A DNA stretch of 49,560 nucleotides, the filler included, from Sphacelaria rigidula (lineage: Eukaryota), in assembly GCA_964200075.2 (NCBI GenBank). It is 3 parts of 3 records of this genome, joined end to end, with 100 filler letters (N's around TTAATTAATTAA, not from the genome) between each part and the next. Parts side by side here need not be neighbours in the genome. Positions count along the whole stretch, not along the records: positions 33,110 to 49,560 come from CAXNAA020001353.1; 2 more parts are not named here. One strand, given 5' to 3'. Below, piece by piece: positions 47,001-49,560 of the stretch. The stretch's first letter is position 1. The number at the start of each line of letters is the position of its first letter. A program made the position numbers and the translations under genes. Below the pieces are notes generated by a model, which was given only the letters and a program-made list of their open reading frames with translations, made no database searches and was not told where the DNA came from.

Positions 47001-49030
47001 GCCGACCTGCACAACCACCGGTTCTAGACCTTTCCGTGGACGTTCTTCCCTTTTTGCATTCCCCTTTCCGGTTGGGGTGATTCCCGATGCTTGCTTCTTG
47101 GGGTCAAGAGTAGCTTGTTCACACGACTTCGTAGCACTATCCGCCAGGCAACACGGTAAAGTGTGCGGCATGGGCAACTTCTTTCCAGCGACACATGAGG
47201 CGATGTGCATTGCCACAGCAAATTCTTGTCTCGAAAGCTCTCCATCTTTGTCGGCGTCAGCCATGGCCCACAGACGACCGAGATCCTTCTTGCCCAAGCC
47301 GGACTTGGCCAAAACGGTGGCGGCCTGCGAAGTCGTCGCCACCGCAAAAATTTGTTTGTGGGCAAGGACGTGTATATTTACATGCTGTTTCCGTGGACAT
47401 GTTTTTCGTGTTGTTGGCGATCACTTCGCAGTAGTTTCAGTCAAGGAAAAGCTATTTACACGTCCTGGACTCAAGATATTTGAAACCGCAGCGCAGACAA
47501 GTCACTTCTCTTTTGCCATATGGCCAACGTCTTGACAAGCAGCGCAAGCGGCGCTTACCTCCTTCCCGCTGAGGTTGCCCGAACCACCAGGAACCAATCT
47601 ATTGAAAGCCTTGTCGTGGTGGGCCCTGTCGCTCTCACTCATTTGATACTTGAGACCTTCGTCGTCCACGACCTGCTCACGGCTCGACGTCCCTGACGGT
47701 GTCGACGCATGCCCTCCCGTTTCCGCATTTTCTTGTGGCCCTTCGCAGTTATCTTGGATCTTTATGCTCTTTGTCGGTTTGCTACCCTCTCGTAGACTAC
47801 GCTTCTCCCTCGGTTCCTCCTTGCCGCTGTCTCCGGATACCTGCTGCTCGCCATCAAGATTACTAGCTATCGCAGTACATTTCTTCGCCGCAGCATTAAT
47901 GTCATCGAAAGCAGCAGACCCCTCCCCCTCCGCTGAGCCATTTGTAATCCGCGCCAGACAACATGGCAATGTGAGCGGCATAGGCAACTTCTTCTTCCCG
48001 GCGACACACGAGGCAAGGTGGAAGGCAATAGCAAACTCTTGCTCGGAGAGTTCACCGTCTTCGTCGGCGTCAGCCATAACCCACAAGCGCTCGAGATCTG
48101 AATTTTCCAAGCCGGACTTGGCTAATACTGAGGCAGCCTGTCGGCTCAAACGCGCGGAGGAGGTCGGAACCAAATAGAAAGAAACGTTCCACAACAAAAC
48201 GTGCGCAGAAAGTTGAGAGGCCACTCGCTGTACACGGGGAAAGGTTGGCGCCGGTGAGCGCAAAGGCTCCGCGAAAAATCGCGTCGGCACAGAAAGGACT
48301 TCGCATCACGTATCGCTTTTGAGTTGTAAATTGCGACTGAGGGAAACTAGGAGGTAGACCTAGATCTACTCGGGGATACGTGCAATCAACACTTATTGAT
48401 CGCCCCTGTCACGGGGTCCCTCTTCGACTCAAACGTACCTCAAGCAAGCACAAACGACGGGCTCACCTCCTCGCCGCCGAGGTGACCCGAACCGCCGGAC
48501 ATCAACTTGCTGAAGGCCTTGTTGTATTGCGCCCTTTCCTTGTCAGTCATTTGGTATCTCAGATCTTCTTCCACACTTGACCGACTGCTCGACTTTCGAG
48601 ATTGCGCCGACCCTGTCACCCCTTCTCCTACGCTTGCTTGTTGTTTCAAGTGTGCATCCCCGACCTGCTTTCTTTTTTCTGTCGGCGAATCGTGCTTCGG
48701 CTTTTTGGATCCCGTACCGCTCGATGCACCTCCCGATACTTCCTTCTGGGGCACAAGATTTGCCACGTTACTATTAGTGTTTGTCGCAATACCGATGCCA
48801 CCTGAGGCAAGAGGCCCTCTTGTATCTCCCGCATGTTCCAATGTTCGCACCAGATGATGTGGCAACGTGCGTGGCATGGGCAACTTCTTCTCAGCAACAC
48901 ACGAAGCGAGGTGCATGGCAGCGACGAATTCCGGTCTTGAAAGTTCACCGTCTCCGTCGGCATCAGCCATGGTCCACAGACGACCGAGGCATTTTTTACC
49001 CAAACCAGACTTGGCTAGTATGACTGCTGC
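37755..49030 (-). CDS. Large tandem-EH-domain plus armadillo-repeat protein, multi-exon and open at both ends. Exons: 48467-49030, 47559-48137, 46806-47324, 45738-46526, 45315-45481, 44910-45071, 44272-44440, 43294-43380, 42522-43067, 41701-42183, 40706-41470, 38374-40504, 37755-38092
   Basis: Thirteen exons join in one open frame (>2400 codons) with phase-consistent splice sites. The N-terminal part repeats the EH signature AxxxLxKSGLxxxxLxxxWxxADxDxDGxLxxxEFxxAxHL...LPxPxxLP. The C-terminal part carries many ARM repeats of the type HPxxxxVQxxGxxALxxLA and GAxEAVVxxL. Confidence 0.88.
38374..40504 (-). CDS. Exon L, main armadillo-repeat solenoid (~710 aa)
   Basis: Acceptor ttgtag, donor G|GTGAGA (phase 1; an alternative phase-1 donor lies after 38326). 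Repeats include HPSNPQLQRWGLTATAAL, FPHNPPVQAQGLRAFAKV and NPGDAATQRAALATLAAM. Confidence 0.9.
40706..41470 (-). CDS. Exon K, ARM repeats with a Gly-rich insert
   Basis: Polypyrimidine tract plus ttcaag acceptor, donor CAG|GTACGG, 765 bp, phase 0-0. Confidence 0.85.
41701..42183 (-). CDS. Exon J, ARM repeats (VGKCFPRSRKIQRLCC...LVKAGAGYAVTVAM...)
   Basis: Acceptor catcag, donor AAC|GTGAGC, 483 bp, phase 0-0. Confidence 0.85.
42522..43067 (-). CDS. Exon I, start of the ARM-like region
   Basis: Acceptor gtgcag, donor GAG|GTGCGA, 546 bp, phase 0-0. Confidence 0.85.
43294..43380 (-). CDS. Exon H (VALTLPAGKAGALVAAAGLEQDVLQETAE), ending at a GC donor
   Basis: Acceptor gatag, donor GAG|GCAAGT, 87 bp, phase 0-0. 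Confidence 0.7.
44272..44440 (-). CDS. Exon G (REIENARIAE...AAYRKGKVTAAAFYITLAETFGSQRHTMIPK)
   Basis: Acceptor ttgcgcag, donor AAG|GTACGT, phase 2-0. Confidence 0.82.
44910..45071 (-). CDS. Exon F (CVTRKNLPIPQYLPKSL...KARNAR), EH tail and linker
   Basis: Acceptor ggaag, donor AG|GTGAGG, phase 2-2. LPxPxxLP is the EH C-terminal motif. Confidence 0.8.
45315..45481 (-). CDS. EH exon E, canonical EH core (IDSDDNGKVSGQEAVELLTKSGLTREQLAAVWDLADADHDGELDPMEWANAMHLIR)
   Basis: Acceptor ctgtttag, donor AG|GTGAT. Two EF-hand loops. Not in the supplied ORF track. Confidence 0.9.
45738..46526 (-). CDS. EH exon D (EH C-terminal part, long linker, first helix of the last EH)
   Basis: Acceptor gaaag, donor CAG|GTGGG, 789 bp, phase 0-0. 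Ends YTMTTAERGRYDVVFMQ. Confidence 0.88.
46806..47324 (-). CDS. EH cassette exon C
   Basis: Acceptor ttcgcag, donor GAG|GTAAGC, 519 bp, phase 0-0. AATVLAKSGLGKKDLGRLWAMADADKDGELSRQEF...YQMSEQEKAQHEKAF...GGKE. Confidence 0.9.
47559..48137 (-). CDS. EH cassette exon B
   Basis: Acceptor gacag, donor GAG|GTAAGC, 579 bp, phase 0-0. AASVLAKSGLENSDLERLWVMADADEDGELSEQEF...YQMSESDRAHHDKAF...SGKE. Confidence 0.9.
48467..49030 (-). CDS. EH cassette exon A (C-terminal part of one EH, linker, N-terminal part of the next EH)
   Basis: Acceptor aagcag, donor GAG|GTGAGC, 564 bp, phase 0-0. AAVILAKSGLGKKCLGRLWTMADADGDGELSRPEF...YQMTDKERAQYNKAFSKL...GGEE. Confidence 0.9.
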
Positions 49031-49113
49031 CTGCTTTGAGGTATGCATGTAGACGAAGGAAATTGTGCCATCTGTCAAGGGCGGATGAAAAAAATATCCC
49101 TGGATCCACACAA

Positions 49114-49144
<31 letters not shown>

Positions 49145-49191
49145 ACCGCATGATTTAATTATAAAAAAAGACAACCAATTCNNNNNNNNNN

Positions 49192-49560
49192 GCCATCTGT
49201 CAAGGGCGGATGAAAAAAATATCCCTGGATCCACACAACCCCCCCCCTCCCTCCCCAGCAGCTGCTGATGTGAATTGTTAACTTCTCAAACGAGACAACT
49301 GTTTATCAGCCTTTGGGGCGTCACTTGCTCAGCAAGACGTTGTCGAAACAATGCGCACGAGCCGTGCGTGGTTCGTTCGTGTGCTTCATGAATAAATTTG
49401 GACTGTGTGCCAAGGGCGGGTGAAAAAAATATCCCTGGACCCACACTACCCCCCTCCAGCAGCTCCTGATTTGATTTTTTTTTTTCTCAAACGAGACAAC
49501 TGTTTGTCAGCCTTTGAGGGGTCAATTGATCAGCAAGACACTGTCGAAACAATGCGCACG
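49192..49560. repeat. Intronic tandem repeat, ~210-bp unit
   Basis: caagggcgg(a/g)tgaaaaaaatatccctgga...ttctcaaacgagacaactgttt...gtcgaaacaatgcgcacg at 49201 and 49411. Confidence 0.8.

Noticed and set aside
49066-49240. Extra copy of the 210-bp tandem unit
   Set aside because: The ~47 bp is identical on both sides of a 10-N gap next to a poly-C run, so it is probably an unmerged assembly overlap.

Overview
Eukaryotic, intron-rich, repeat-rich genomic DNA. The gene architecture and repeat content fit a brown alga (Phaeophyceae), which is an inference. The window is three contigs joined by artificial 100-bp N-TTAATTAATTAA-N spacers at 16458-16557 and 33010-33109. It holds two partial multi-exon genes, both on the minus strand. 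(1) A kinesin-13 of the stramenopile DSK1 / KIF2 type, with 6 exons reconstructed in frame between 786 and 13520 and continuing off the left edge. Its introns carry hAT-type MITEs with perfect 8-bp TSDs, tRNA-derived SINEs, a nested foldback element and a hAT transposase relic. (2) A very large gene with 13 in-frame exons between 37755 and 49030, open at both ends. It fuses a tandem array of at least 5 Eps15-homology (EH) domains, built from duplicated phase-0 cassette exons that each split an EH domain, to a small helical domain and a long armadillo-repeat solenoid. It also has a likely GC-AG intron. Between the genes is a set of decayed transposons: Ty1/copia RT-RNaseH, a 1.8-kb foldback, a possible Mutator relic and a KDZ (Kyakuja-Dileera-Zisupton) transposase relic. 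Two decayed tandem coding-like repeats that I cannot identify (~165-bp and ~222-bp units) also lie there. All calls come from reading the sequence by eye; no searches were run.
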